A stretch of DNA of 64,000 bases from Podarcis erhardii (Eukaryota), in assembly GCA_964252035.1 (NCBI GenBank), contig OZ176201.1. One strand, written 5' to 3'. Positions 1 through 11,651 of this stretch are shown piece after piece. Position numbers and translations under genes: made by a program. Position 1 is the first letter of the stretch, and each line of letters starts with the position of its first letter. Below the pieces are notes generated by a model. That model did not search any database. It was not told where the DNA came from and saw only the letters and a program-made list of their open reading frames with translations.

Positions 1-49
1 ATGCTGCCTCATTTTAGTAGTAGCCCATAAATCAAAACTATGAGGGGAG

Positions 50-310
50 GGACACATAAGGGTCAGACTGAGTCCAAACCAAAGGCCAGGCGGGACAGCT
101 CTATCTTGCAGGCCCTGCGGAAAGATGTCAAGTCCCGCAGGGCTCTAGTCTCTTGTGACAGAGCGTTCCACCAAGTCGGGGCCAGTACTGAAAAGGCCCT
201 GGCCCTAGTTGAGACAAATCTAACCACCTTGCGGCTCAAGACCTCTAAAGTGTTGTTATTTGTGGACCTTAAGGTCCTCTGCGGGGCATACCAGGAGAAA
301 AGATCACATC
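50..310 (-). mobile_element. L2-type LINE 3' fragment in a FLNB intron
   Basis: Matches the L2 3' region seen at 48.6-48.9 kb (RAFSVLAPTWWNAL-like reading on the minus strand); boundaries approximate. Confidence 0.6.
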
Positions 311-684
311 ACTTAGTGGTATCTGGAACCCTCAGAACTAGGAAGTTAAAAATAAAAAATATTCCTAGTTTTAAGACATGAGAATACTCAGTTGAGAAGA
401 GCATAACATACAGCAGGGTTAGGGGTGCCTGTGTCCTTGTCAGACACATTTTTGTAAATAGTGAGACTGATAACGTTTTTCCACGGCCATAACTTCTGTG
501 ATGCAATAACTTTACATTTGCAAATGTGGTACAGGGCGACCACGTGTCAAATATTGGTTCTGTGTTAGACAAAATATGCAAAGCTGCTGCTATATTTCGG
601 AGACAGTAAAGGACCGAACTGTTATATATTCCTTGCAAGCCAAATGTCAATATGTATGTGAGGATTTTACTATTGCGTTGTTAG

Positions 685-817
685 GAGTCTGGGTTGAAGG
701 TTAACCAGCCAGCATCCTTCGCTATAAGGCTTAACGGGGCAAAGGGCAAGATTGACGCTAAAGTGCATAGCCCAATTGGAGCTGTAGAAGAATGCCATGT
801 TTCTGAACTGGAGCAAG
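685..817 (+). CDS. FLNB: Filamin B, internal coding exon (133 bp; [44 protein letters not shown])
   Basis: ttag acceptor at 681-684 and G|GTAAGG donor at 818. The hand translation matches a filamin B Ig repeat, and the phase joins the next exon (G+AT = Asp). Confidence 0.95.
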
Positions 818-2025
818 GTAAGGATGTGTCGTAAATTTGGTACTCAAAACTGCTTTAAATACGTAAACAGTCAAAATGGTTGTAAGAGTTAAACAGGAGG
901 TGGCCATTTCAGTTCATGCCAGTATAGAAACATGTTCAACAGTGATTGGATGTTTATTGTACAAAGGACTGTGTTCCACAAAGGAGTTTAGTACTACTTC
1001 CTTGGTGGTAAAAGGAAAAAAGGAAGTACTGAACAAAATACTTCCGCATAACCCATTTTAAGGCTAATTGGCATGTGCACTTTACCACAACCCCAGTTGT
1101 TGTTTATGCAGAGAGAAAGTCCTCCTGTGAACAGAGGTGTGCATGAGGTTGCATGTGCTAATAGCTCAGTTGAATGGCTGCATATGCATCTTTCTGCACA
1201 TTAGAGAGATTGCTTCACAACTTTTAGCTAAATTGTGGACCAAGGAAAAGTTATAATCCTACATAGGGCAGGTACCTTCCTCAACCTCAGCCCTTCAGAT
1301 GTTTTGAGACTACATTTCCCATCAACCCTGACCACTGGTCCTGTTAGCTAGGGATCATGGGAGTTGTAGGCCAAAAACATCTAAAGGGCCGAGGTTGAGG
1401 AAGCCTGCTGTAGATATTTCAACTCTAGCTACCTGAAATGGCTCCTGTCTTTCCATCCTGCCCTATACATTTTCATTAACTCTTTCTCCCCTCATCCTTC
1501 ACTTTTGAAAATACATGGTATACCTATAGGCTGATTCCAACAGGGTCTCATCTGATGCTGGTGCCAATTTGTTTAAATTGGCCTTACATTTTTGATAGCC
1601 ATTTCTAGCTACTTTTAACCATGCAGATTTACCATTCTAGTATTCTATGTTTCCTAGACAGTTTTCAGACTAGTCACTGATTAAAAGGAACAAGCTATAC
1701 TCAATTGTGCTATAATTATAATATTTGCTGTATAATAAAGAAATGCAGTTTTCTACCGGTGCAAGTGGATAACCATTTTGCAGCACACTGGTGGTTAAAG
1801 GATTAAGAACGGATTTTAAAGTGACAGCTCCAACTCCTATGCATGTTCTCCACATGAGGATTGCATTTCAGAGGCTTTGCTTCTCCTCAGGCATATTCCA
1901 TGTGCCACCTTCCCATGGCCCAGACATGGCAGTCATAGAAATAGTTTTAGATGCTGTGTGCTCTGCTTTTTAACATCAAGTTCTCAACCTAAATTTATGA
2001 TGATTTGCCTGTATATGTATTGCAG

Positions 2026-2202
2026 ATAAATACGCTGTTCGGTTCATCCCGCGTGAAAACGGCATTCATTCTATTGATGTGAAGTTCAACGGTAGCCATG
2101 TGGTAGGCAGTCCTTTTAAAGTTAGAGTTGGGGAACCAGGTCAAGCAGATAGCCCAGCTCTTGTCACCGCCTATGGGCCAGGCCTTGAGAGTGGCGTGAC
2201 AG
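2026..2202 (+). CDS. FLNB: Filamin B, internal coding exon (177 bp; [59 protein letters not shown])
   Basis: tgcag acceptor at 2021-2025 and AG|GTGAGT donor at 2203; filamin repeat motif GSPFKV; phase is consistent with both neighbours. Confidence 0.96.
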
Positions 2203-3003
2203 GTGAGTGGTTTCCTCTTTCTGCGTTAGAATTCTGAAAAATAGGATGGTCTTGACCCAGAGATTGCCTTTGTCTCACTAGCTAACACTCTTCTGTCTGG
2301 TGTGTACAATTGGGCTATACCTTTAATAGGCTCAGCCAATACGTTTTGAAATGGGTGGTGGTCTCGGTTCATTTCAGTTAAAACAGGGAAAAGCTAATAT
2401 GCAAGAAAATGCAGAAATAGATGCTGAACTGATTTGAACAATTCAGTTTAGCAGTTTATCACACAGTCACATCATTCCTGTCCATTGGTCATGTTGGCTG
2501 GGGTTGTTGGGAGTTCCACAACATCAGTTTGGGGGGGGGGCACAGGCTCTCCATCTCTGGCCTGTGTAGTTTTCAGTGGGTCACATGGGAGTAGTGCTTG
2601 TTTATATCTCCCGAGGCCCTTGGAGGGAGAGATTAACTGAAATTCGACAGATGAGTTGTCAGTATTACCGGCAACATACCCATTCGCCAGCGCTGATGCT
2701 TAACATTTTGGGCTGGGTCCTTGCTATTGATCAAGCTGTAATGGATTCCACACAGCCAAACATTACTTACTGATGGTCTGGCTGCACTTAGGACTCAGCT
2801 ATACAGCTGCAAATAAAACATTGTACAATGTGACACTAGATGGCAATGGTGAACCTTATGGAAAATTCAATGTATTTTTAAAAACGCTTTAAAGGAAAGC
2901 ATTTTCAGAACGTTTTATATGTGTGTAGATTCCACCTTAGAAGAAGCATTCATCAGTCATTCTGGGTTTTGTTTTACTTTTTGCTTGTCTTCACACACTT
3001 GCC

Positions 3004-3139
3004 CAGGCATCCCCAACCTTCAGCCTTCCAGATGTTTTGGACTACAATTCCCATCATCCCTGACCACTGCTCCTGTTAGCTAGGGATCATGGGAGTTGTA
3101 GGCCAAAACATCTAAAGGGCCGCAGGTTGGGGGTACCTG
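3004..3139. mobile_element. hAT-type ~135-bp MITE (related copies at 1269-1407, ~7184-7320, ~35400-35520, ~36470-36600)
   Basis: CAGGCATCCCCAA...TTGGGGGTACCTG termini; perfect 8-bp TSD CACTTGCC. Confidence 0.88.
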
Positions 3140-3485
3140 CACTTGCCTGTGCAGCAGCATGGGAAAGTGTGAAATTTGTGATCACAAGCCATCAAAGAAA
3201 GGGCTGCTTTTATTAGTAGGTGGGACAAGTTTTTTCTAAATCTTTTGGAGTATTTGCTTTTTTGATGGATTAGTGGTCATGACTCACTTTGGGTATTTCT
3301 TGAGAAAGTGGTCTGGTTTTTTGTTTTTTTTTAATTAAAAAAATACACAATTTGCAATGGCAAATTGTTGCGGGGTGGGAGGCTGTATCCATGACATATA
3401 CTTGGCAAACAAGATTGCTGCATGAAAGTGTGAAGTGACAAACAGTCTTGGAACTCATGCTTCCTATTTCTCCTTTGCTTTCCAG

Positions 3486-3704
3486 GGTTACAATCGGCAT
3501 TTACTATAGACACCACCAAAGCAGGCCCTGGAACCCTTGCTGTTACAATCGAGGGGCCGTCAAAGGTGAAAATGGATTGTCAAGAAGCTCTGGAGGGCTA
3601 CCATGTAATGTACACACCTATGGCCCCAGGGAACTACTTAATTGGAATTAAATATGGAGGGCCCAATCACATAGCGGGCAGCCCTTTCAAAGCAAAAGTG
3701 ACAG
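3486..3704 (+). CDS. FLNB: Filamin B, internal coding exon (219 bp; [73 protein letters not shown])
   Basis: Polypyrimidine tract plus tccag acceptor at 3481-3485 and AG|GTAAGA donor at 3705; overlaps track ORF 3566-3799. Confidence 0.96.
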
Positions 3705-3901
3705 GTAAGACTCTGAGCCAATATTACCTACCTGGTTGTGTTCTCAGTGGGAGGGTGGGTGCAGAGAGATGGACTATCCCAAGGTGGCACAGTGTCTGAC
3801 TTGACTGGCATCTAGTTGACGGTAGCTATTGAGCTCTTGAACTTAACAGCAGGGGTACTGCCACACTGTTTAAACTGTGCTCTGGTTATCTTGCTCTGTA
3901 G

Positions 3902-4105
3902 GCCAGCGGCTGGTTAGCCCAGGTGTGTCCAATGAAACATCCTCCATCATGGTGGAATCTGTGACCAGGTCAACAACGGATACCTGCTATAGTGCCATTC
4001 CCAGATCTTCATCTGATGCAAGCAGAGTGATCTCCACGGGAGCAGGGCTCTCTAGAGCTTTCGTGGGCCAGAAAAACACATTTTCTGTCGACTGCAGCAA
4101 AGCTG
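3902..4105 (+). CDS. FLNB: Filamin B, penultimate coding exon (204 bp; hinge 2 and start of Ig repeat 24, GQRLVSPGVSNETSSIMVESVTRS...FSVDCSKA)
   Basis: ctgtag acceptor ending at 3901 and G|GTAAC donor at 4106. The hinge-2 sequence is FLNB-type (QRLVSPG..NETSSI.VESVTRS). Confidence 0.96.
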
Positions 4106-4307
4106 GTAACTTCCTTTTTTAAAAAAATAATAATAAATATGGGTTTCTATTACTGGTCCAGTGACCAAAGACCTGAGCTTCTCCACCTTGTAAGTGTCCA
4201 CTAAATCTTTAGTGCCTCTTTCGCCCCAGAGAAAAGTATTCAGTTGCCATTGGCAGTGGAATGTTGGATCTCCCACCGCTTTACAAAGCATTTAAGAGCA
4301 TCTAAAG

Positions 4308-4436
4308 CAGGCTTTCCCAAACTTGGGTCTCCCGCCTGTTATTGGACTACAACTCCCATCTTCCCTAGCTAGCAGGTCAGGGATCATGGGATTTGTGTTC
4401 CAAAAACAGCTGGAGACGCAAGTTTGGGAAAACCTG
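4308..4436. mobile_element. hAT-type MITE
   Basis: CAGGCTTTCCCAAAC...GTTTGGGAAAACCTG; 8-bp TSD ATCTAAAG. Confidence 0.88.
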
Positions 4437-4873
4437 ATCTAAAGATGAACAGCTAAGACAAGAACTAGAATTCTTTGTCTTGCACAGGAGTCAGCAAGGT
4501 TTACTTGATGAATTTTGCCCCGTGCTTTTTCTCTGCAGAAATAGCTTGCCCTGCAAATAGCATTATCCTCCATGAGCAGCATGCTATTAAAGACTACTGA
4601 CCGTAATGGCTGTGTTCCACTGTGGGAGGCAGTATGTCTCTGGACCCAAGTACGGGACTTTCAAATGGGGAAAGTGCTGTGAATTCAGATTCTGCATCCC
4701 AACTTCCCATAGGCACCTGTTTGGCGAAAAACAGGGCGCTGGGTTAAGTGAACCTTTGGCCTGATCTAGCAAGGCTCTTAACTTTGAGTCTGATTGGTCA
4801 AAATATTTAGGAAAGCTGGATTGGAGCTGCTTGAATTTGGGGTGTGGTAGTAACGCTCTTCATTCTGCCTTAG

Positions 4874-5061
4874 GTTCAAATATGTTGTTAGTTGGTGTCC
4901 ATGGACCTACAACTCCTTGTGAAGAAGTATCTGTGAAACACCTTGGGAACCAACAGTATGGTGTAAAGTACGTCGTCAAGGAGAAGGGTGACTATATCCT
5001 AGCCGTGAAGTGGGGTGAAGAACACATTCCTGGAAGCCCCTTCCACGTTACAGTTCCCTAA
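4874..5061 (+). CDS. FLNB: Filamin B, last coding exon ([62 protein letters not shown]), dimerisation repeat 24
   Basis: cttag acceptor ending at 4873 and TAA at 5059-5061. The C-terminus GSPFHVTVP is the FLNB terminus. Confidence 0.97.
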
Positions 5062-6560
5062 GTTTGTATGGTTTCAAAACATTCAGCTCTGTTCAAGTGA
5101 AATCTGAACAATTCAATACTGTGAGCATTCCTGTGAGAAACAGAGTATACCTTCATGTATACAGAACACATTTTTTAATGCACCCCAACTTAAATTCTGC
5201 AACTTTTTAAAAGTGTTCTATTTGTCTTAAGCATCCCTCCTATACAAATGTAAACCAATGTACCTTTCGGATCGATATGCAATCATGTAACAAGGTCACT
5301 ATCCTTTTTTTGTGGATTTTAGAATTTACATGTTAAACTGGAATTTGTGTTTGATAATTGGGTAGCTTAAACTACTGACTTTTGATGGACATTTTTTAGA
5401 CTGGAAACTTTTTAAATTTAGCTGTAGAAAATCACTTTGGCTATTGCCAGTTAAAGTTCTTCTGTAAAGAAAATGAGGTAAAACTGGTACTTACTGTGCC
5501 TTTTGTATACTTGATTTTTTTAAAAAAAACGTAACATTGAAAACTCTCAAGCGTTACAGCTAAACACTAAAACACCATAACAGAAAGCTTGGCTGTTTAC
5601 ATTAGCAGAAAATGAAAACTGCAAGGGGTATCAAACTGTTCCTGGAAGTCTTTGCCTCTTTTGCTGTGTACAGTTACGATGCTAGCTTACTTTAACCATG
5701 ATTGTTGTGATTGACGGGATGCCAAATTAGCTGATATTCTGCCACAGGTGCGTTTTGCTGGGTGCTTGGTCGGTTGTGTGACACACAGTAGGTGCAACAT
5801 GCAGGAACTCAGTTTCTCCCAAGAGTTACCTACTTGTTTCTGCACTCAGTGTAAAATTCATGCTTGTGCAGCTCACACCTTGGCTGTGCTAGAAGGACGT
5901 TTATCTCCAGCACACGAGGCTCTTAGTTGAGTAACAAAAAGTAGCTTCTGACTTGCTCATCGTGTCCCTGATCATGATGATGTGAAAACTAGCCTAGTCA
6001 GTCAGACAATATTAAGTGTACCTCTGAATGTTTCTGCTAATGGTGCGAGTTTATTGAGCCTGTTCATGCACAAAGTGTTTATCCCCTTCATTGTTTTGGG
6101 ATAAGGGAATGAGCACGCGGCCATTCCAGATTTCAAAAGACATTCCAGGTATGCAACTAATGGTTACTACAAAACTGTGGCTTTTAGCAGATTCTCTTTC
6201 TCAAAGAGCTTTAAATGTGCCTAATGGAAGAAGAGACTTGATGGAAATTTGTTCCCTCTGTTTAGAGAAAGATTTCTACTTGGTCAGCTTTATTTTTGTA
6301 GTAGTATGTCAGTGCACTAAGTCTGAGCACAGCTTCTTGGAGGAGGAGCTTGAGTAACAAGACATCCTTTTTTTTCTTTTCTTTTTTTACTGTGCTGTGT
6401 GCCTTAATGTGAACTGCTCACTACATTGTAAACTATAAGGAAAAGCAGAATAAACTGGAATAATTGCAAGATTGTAATATTGTATCCCATAACTTATTAA
6501 AAACCATGAATGTTGGCTTCATGAAATAAAATGTGCATGTTAAAAACAAACTCAGGTGGG
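5062..6560 (+). other. FLNB: FLNB 3'UTR with candidate polyA signals (AATAAA 6449-6454, ATTAAA 6496-6501, AATAAA 6525-6530)
   Basis: AT-rich, repeat-free sequence after the stop codon with clustered hexamers followed by a U/GU-rich stretch. The cleavage site is not determined. Confidence 0.6.
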
Positions 6561-8982
6561 CTTCTAAGTATTTTTTTTGGTTTTGCCATGACTCATGTCT
6601 GTCTAAATGGACCAACTTGTATTGTATCTGCATCAAATATCATTCCTGCTGGTGGTTTTTGTTTGGAAACTGAAACTTTGAAATAGCATAAGGCAACAAA
6701 GTGCCTTACAATAGTACGGAGATCTTGAACATGGACCATAATTGGCAGTGGTAAAAGCAGATGTGGTCTTTCGTTCATCATGCATGATTTTAAGCATACA
6801 GGCTCCCTAGCTCTCAAGACTGTCTCTGTGGCTGAGTTAGGTATGCTTTGTCTTTTCCACAGATTTTTACACTAAATATTCTAGGTCTTGTGCTGTGAAA
6901 ACAAGCTAGCCCTTGGTCAAGTATTTAGCTCTTAAGCCTCCTACTTGTTTGCATGGCTCTGCCGAAGTCTACCCCTAATCCCTAAAATCATTTGGTTCTT
7001 GCCATGCCATTGAAAGGCACTCTGGAGATAGGAATTTTGGGGAGGGGGTGTAGTTCAGTGGTAGAGTATACACTTTGCATTCAGAGGAACCCAGGTTCAA
7101 ATCCTGGCTTCTCCAAATAAAGACCAGGTAGCAAATTATGTAAAATGCTTCTTTTTTCAGAGCTGCTGTCAGTTGACCGTAGCCAGCTTTCCCCTAACCC
7201 AGTGCCTTCCTGTTTTTTGGACTACCAACTCATATGCACCCCAGTTATCATGGCCAATGGTTGGGATGGTGGGAGCTGGTAATCCAAAACATTGGGAGGG
7301 CACCAGGTTGAAAAAGTCTGAGCTGTGTTGACATGGAAGCAGCTCATCAGCATTTTATTCAGGAGTTTTTCCAACCTGCTCTGGAAATGCCAGGAATGGA
7401 ACCCAAGATTTCTGCTTGCATAGAATGCACCCTTCTTCTGAACTATGGGTGATGGGGACAGTGTATGTGGAATTTATCAGTCTTTGTAACTAGTGCTACC
7501 ATCGAACCAGAAGTAATGATTGCTGTTTTTGTTTTGTTTGCAATGTTCTTTTTTCGGTGCTAATATTCTTCCACTGTGGCCCTAGCTTAAAAGGGCTGTG
7601 CCATGTTTTCTAATAGATGTCAGATTCTCACATCTGTGGGCAGTTAATAGCTAGAGCTACATACAAAAGCTTTCACTGTTTTCCATGCCACTCCTAGGCA
7701 CACACCACAGTTTCAAAGTTCAGTGTTATGAATTTCTTCAGAATATTCTCTCTCCTCTTTATATTAGTTTACTCACTATGTACTCTTTGAAACTTGGGTG
7801 GAGGCCTGGCATTTGAATCTTATAATTTATGGCTTAACTCCAGAGGTCTAAAACTTTCCCATTTCTTTATGGGTGTGGTAGTTCTTGCATTGCGATGAAA
7901 GCATTAGAGGAGGAAACCAAATGGCTGGCATGGAGTTCATCTCTATACAGCTGCCTTACCCATCTCTGTTACAAATGCTTTTGATTCTGTTATTTTAAGA
8001 TGTTTTGCTTTTAAAGGGCAACTGCTCAAATTAAGACCATGGGACAAGAAAGATAGAGGGAGTACCTTTGCATGCATTTTAATTTCCTCTCTGTAGCTGT
8101 GTGCTATATACATTTCTCTGAAAAAGATTTATCCCCCTACTGTGCTACCTTTCAGCTATCACTATGACTACTGCGTTGTAAGGCAGGGGGCTTTTAAGAA
8201 GGTGTTTGAATTCTTTGTGTAACACACAGAGAGCCAGTCAAACCTTGCCTGCTTTGGGGCTGTATTACGCACCCAAACCCCAGGGTGGGTTTTGAGCAAG
8301 GGCACACAGCCAGTTTTGTGGTTTCAGAGAGAGAAATCACAGGCACCACATGGAATGGTAGCCAATCTAACTTTTTGTGGCTTCCGCTGAGTTTGGCTTT
8401 GATTTTCTTTGGGTTGAGTCCAATGCAACTTAAAATTGGGGAAATGAAGATTGGCAAATCTCCTGCTTGCTTGTGCACAACTTGCATTCAAGATGGACTG
8501 CTAACTTCCAACCAAGTGTTTTTGTTAAATCACTATTTGTGTGCATGTGCACACACTCGTGTGTGTCTCGGGTGTAAATATTCTGTAGTCAGCAAAAGTG
8601 GGAAGGGTGAGGAGGGCAAGGTTATTCTTTATTTTCAGTTTGATTTACGAGCTCTGCAGTTACAAAGCCCCAACTAAGTTGTAAGATAACTAATTCCACC
8701 TGTCGGGCAATTGTAGCTGCAAAGAAGCCCACCTAAGGTTTTCAACATTTCACCAAAAACAAACCCTTCCAATGCAGCTTTATGCCTTGTAGTCACCTAG
8801 TTGCAGGAGGTGTGTGTGTTAGTGGGAGAGCGAGAGCGCACACAGGCCCTGTTCAGAGGCTGTAATTTGAGAATAGCTTCACTGGCCCTTTTGTGTATGT
8901 TTCCTTGGACACCAGAGGCAGGAAGTAACATTTGCCGAGCACACGGTGGTCACCACACAGACTCTGCCATCTCTCTGGGGCT

Positions 8983-9439
8983 ATGAGGGGCCTGCTGACC
9001 ACGCGGGAGCAAGATGGCTGGAGGGAGCTTATTAACAAGGAGGCCACCTGCAGGGTCAACTGGAAGGCAAAATACGGTCACAAATACCCCAGGCGGGTGA
9101 CTGACTATGGGGTCGCCAAAAGGAAGTGTTTCTTGCCTGCCATCTGCCCTCCTGAGAAGAGTGCAAGCTCCCTCCGGTGTCAAGAAGTAACTCTGCAAAA
9201 AGAGGACAGGCGGCAGCTGTCAGGGAAGGAGGAGAAGCAGGAGGAGGAAGGCCCAAGCCTTCAGGAGCCTCTTCCCGAGATGAGGGTTCCCACACCACAG
9301 ACAACTCAGCTGCTATACCAGGGCTTTTCCCATGAAGGCAAAGGGAGGCATCACTACCTCAAACAGAGGAAGATGAAGAGCCCTGAGGAGAAATTCTGCT
9401 ACCCAGTGCTGTCGTCGTGGGAATATGGCTGGCGCTTAG
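8983..9439 (+). CDS. SPMIP1/ATP6V1FNB-family protein (sperm/ciliary microtubule inner protein-like), coding exon 1
   Basis: ATG at 8983 (MRGLLTTREQDGWRELINKEATCRVNWKAKYG...EMRVPTPQTTQLLYQGFSHEGKGRHHYLKQRKMKSPEEKFCYPVLSSWEYGWRL) and G|GTAAGA donor at 9440. The motifs EM.P..P.T..LLY.G.SH...GR..YL..RK...PE.....P...S..YGW.LG match my recollection of human SPMIP1/ATP6V1FNB. This is a family-level call; orthology is not established. Confidence 0.85.
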
Positions 9440-10678
9440 GTAAGAGTAATGAACCAGTAATGGCTATTGCAAGGATCCCAGAGCATGAGAGGCATGCAGT
9501 AGGCTTAAGAGAATGCTTCACCAGGGACGACGAAATATTTCAAGTTGCTTCTGCCTCCCCCGCTTTAATTGTCTTTGTGAGGGGAAATTATTAGGGTGGA
9601 ATGCAGTGTAGCGCTGTCTGTTGTTGTCCATATGTAATCTCCCCCGCCATGACATGCTTAAATTTGTTGTAGGACTTCCCCTAATCTCTAGCAGATTTGG
9701 GAAGGCACAGGGCACTAACAGGATGTGTCCCTGACAGCTGTCTGTCTTTCCTTATGCACACATGCCAGCTCCTGAACAGTTTTAAATATGGTGGCCCACT
9801 TACACATTGGCAAAAAACCCGAGGAAATGTATCTCCTCAAAAGAGGCCAGAAATCAGCGCAGTATTTAGCATAATGTAATTTATATGTTTGCAAATTTGA
9901 CAATAATTAGTATAGGTCAAATGGGAAGACTGACCAGGTATCAGTTGTTGATTGACAACTCCATTGACGTCTGTCTCTTTTGGAGCAGACTGTTCTTCAG
10001 TAGAGGACTGTCCTCTGGAAAGTAGGCCACATGGTCACCCTCCCTTTTAAGCTTTGTTCAGAAATGCATTTTTGAGGCGCAGGAGCTAAATTGTGCCTTC
10101 CGCTTGCTCTAGTTGCCCTATGCCTGCCTTTCTATCTGTTACCACTTAGCAGCCTTCCTATTCCATTCTGCATAAGCCCCCAGCAAACCACTGAATTGCC
10201 AGCTACGCATTATTCCGTGAGTCACGGTGACAGAAGCCAATCTAGTTCTGTATGCCAGAGTCTGAATAATGTTTCATTTGCTTACATGGTGACTTTGCTC
10301 TGAGCGTAAGTGTTAAGAAGAAATACAAAACAGTAAGAACTAAATAAAGTGAAGCGCAAGCTGGTGGTGTTTGCCTGGGATGACGCCACCTTTACAGGAC
10401 CCACTTCAGAGTCCAAATCCCCACGCAGTGATGAACCTTTGGTCAGGCACCATCTTTCAGCCTAACCTGCCTCAGAGGGTGGTTGCGAGGATAAAATGGA
10501 AGGAGGGGGAAGCCACATTTAAGCTCCTTGGAGGAAATGACTGCCTGCCTGCCCCCTGAATGGTAGAAATTAGGCAGGTAAAGCTTTTAAGATAAAATGA
10601 GGGCAAGGGTGCACCTGTTGAATTTCTGTATAGTCTGCTGCTTTTACAGACAGGGAAAAAGTTTGCTATCATCTAAGC

Positions 10679-10814
10679 CAGGCATAGGCAAACTCTGCCC
10701 TCCAGATGTTTTGGGACTACAACTCCCATCATCCCTAGCTAACAGGACCAGTGGTCAGGGATGATGGGAGTTGTAGTCCCAAAACATCTGGAGGGCCAAG
10801 TGTGCTTATGCCTG
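10679..10814. mobile_element. hAT-type MITE
   Basis: CAGGCATAGGCAAAC...TGCTTATGCCTG; TSD ATCTAAGC and AGCTAAGC (7/8). Confidence 0.85.
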
Positions 10815-11123
10815 AGCTAAGCATTTATATCTTTTATTAATGGTGGAACTAAGCTGCTGTTTTGTGCATTATTGTTTTATGGAGCAGAGTTTTGTTCAGT
10901 GGGAGCTATAAAGCACTGCAGCTCTTCAGATCTATCAGCCTCATTCCAAAAGACCCAAACAGGTTTTAGTGCTTTCTCCTTCAGTTAAGAGCACATGTTG
11001 GCTTTAGCCAATTGTAAACGCAGGCAACTGAACGATAATCTTGGTCATTTGATTGCCCTTTTTACCCATTGTTGTCTTTTTAATTGTATATATTGCTTGT
11101 TTTATGTTGCTATGGCCGTTGGC

Positions 11124-11261
11124 NNNNNNNNNNNNNNNNNNNNNNNNNNNNNNNNNNNNNNNNNNNNNNNNNNNNNNNNNNNNNNNNNNNNNNNNNNNNN
11201 NNNNNNNNNNNNNNNNNNNNNNNNNNNNNNNNNNNNNNNNNNNNNNNNNNNNNNNNNNNNN
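11124..11261. other. Assembly gap (138 N) inside the intron of the SPMIP1-like gene
   Basis: Run of N seen directly. Confidence 1.
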
Positions 11262-11532
11262 CTGGGCAGCCCTGGCAAGGCGATGTAGTCATCACAGCTA
11301 CAGGTGGTGAACTCATGATGATTTGTATGGCAGTCAGTTAAATGCCTGGTGATGATTTCACCAAATCCAGGAAATGGATGACAGGCTTATACTGCTCCTT
11401 GCTTATCAGTTTACAAATTGTGACTGTTCTGTAAGGGAATCTGAAAATCACATCATGTGGCAGCTGGCATTCTGCTTTAGGTTATCTTAGGCATGCAAAT
11501 TTTAACGCACAATTACACATTTATTTTTCCAG

Positions 11533-11651
11533 GAGACGTGGTTAAGGACATGAGGACACCAATCCATGGCAAATCCCGAATTGTAAAGGATACTTTCTAC
11601 TTCAAAAATGGAATCTTCTATCATCCATCAAAAACTGACAAGCTGTCATGA
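11533..11651 (+). CDS. SPMIP1/ATP6V1FNB-family protein, coding exon 2 (GDVVKDMRTPIHGKSRIVKDTFYFKNGIFYHPSKTDKLS*)
   Basis: ttatttttccag acceptor ending at 11532; phase 1 matches exon 1. 457+119 = 576 nt gives 191 aa plus stop. The R....F...NG motif resembles the family C-terminus. Confidence 0.82.

Noticed and set aside
7049-7150. tRNA-like sequence with A and B boxes (also 27575-27645, 32512-32560, 37290-37360)
   Set aside because: Degenerate SINE heads that continue into SINE bodies and lack intact cloverleaf stems; not functional tRNA genes.
9440-9594. C-terminal part of track ORF 8932-9594 (KSNEPVMAIAR...VRGNY) and its TTG-started N-terminal extension
   Set aside because: Read-through into the intron: family similarity stops at the GTAAGA donor (9440) and resumes in the exon at 11533. 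The first ATG is at 8983.
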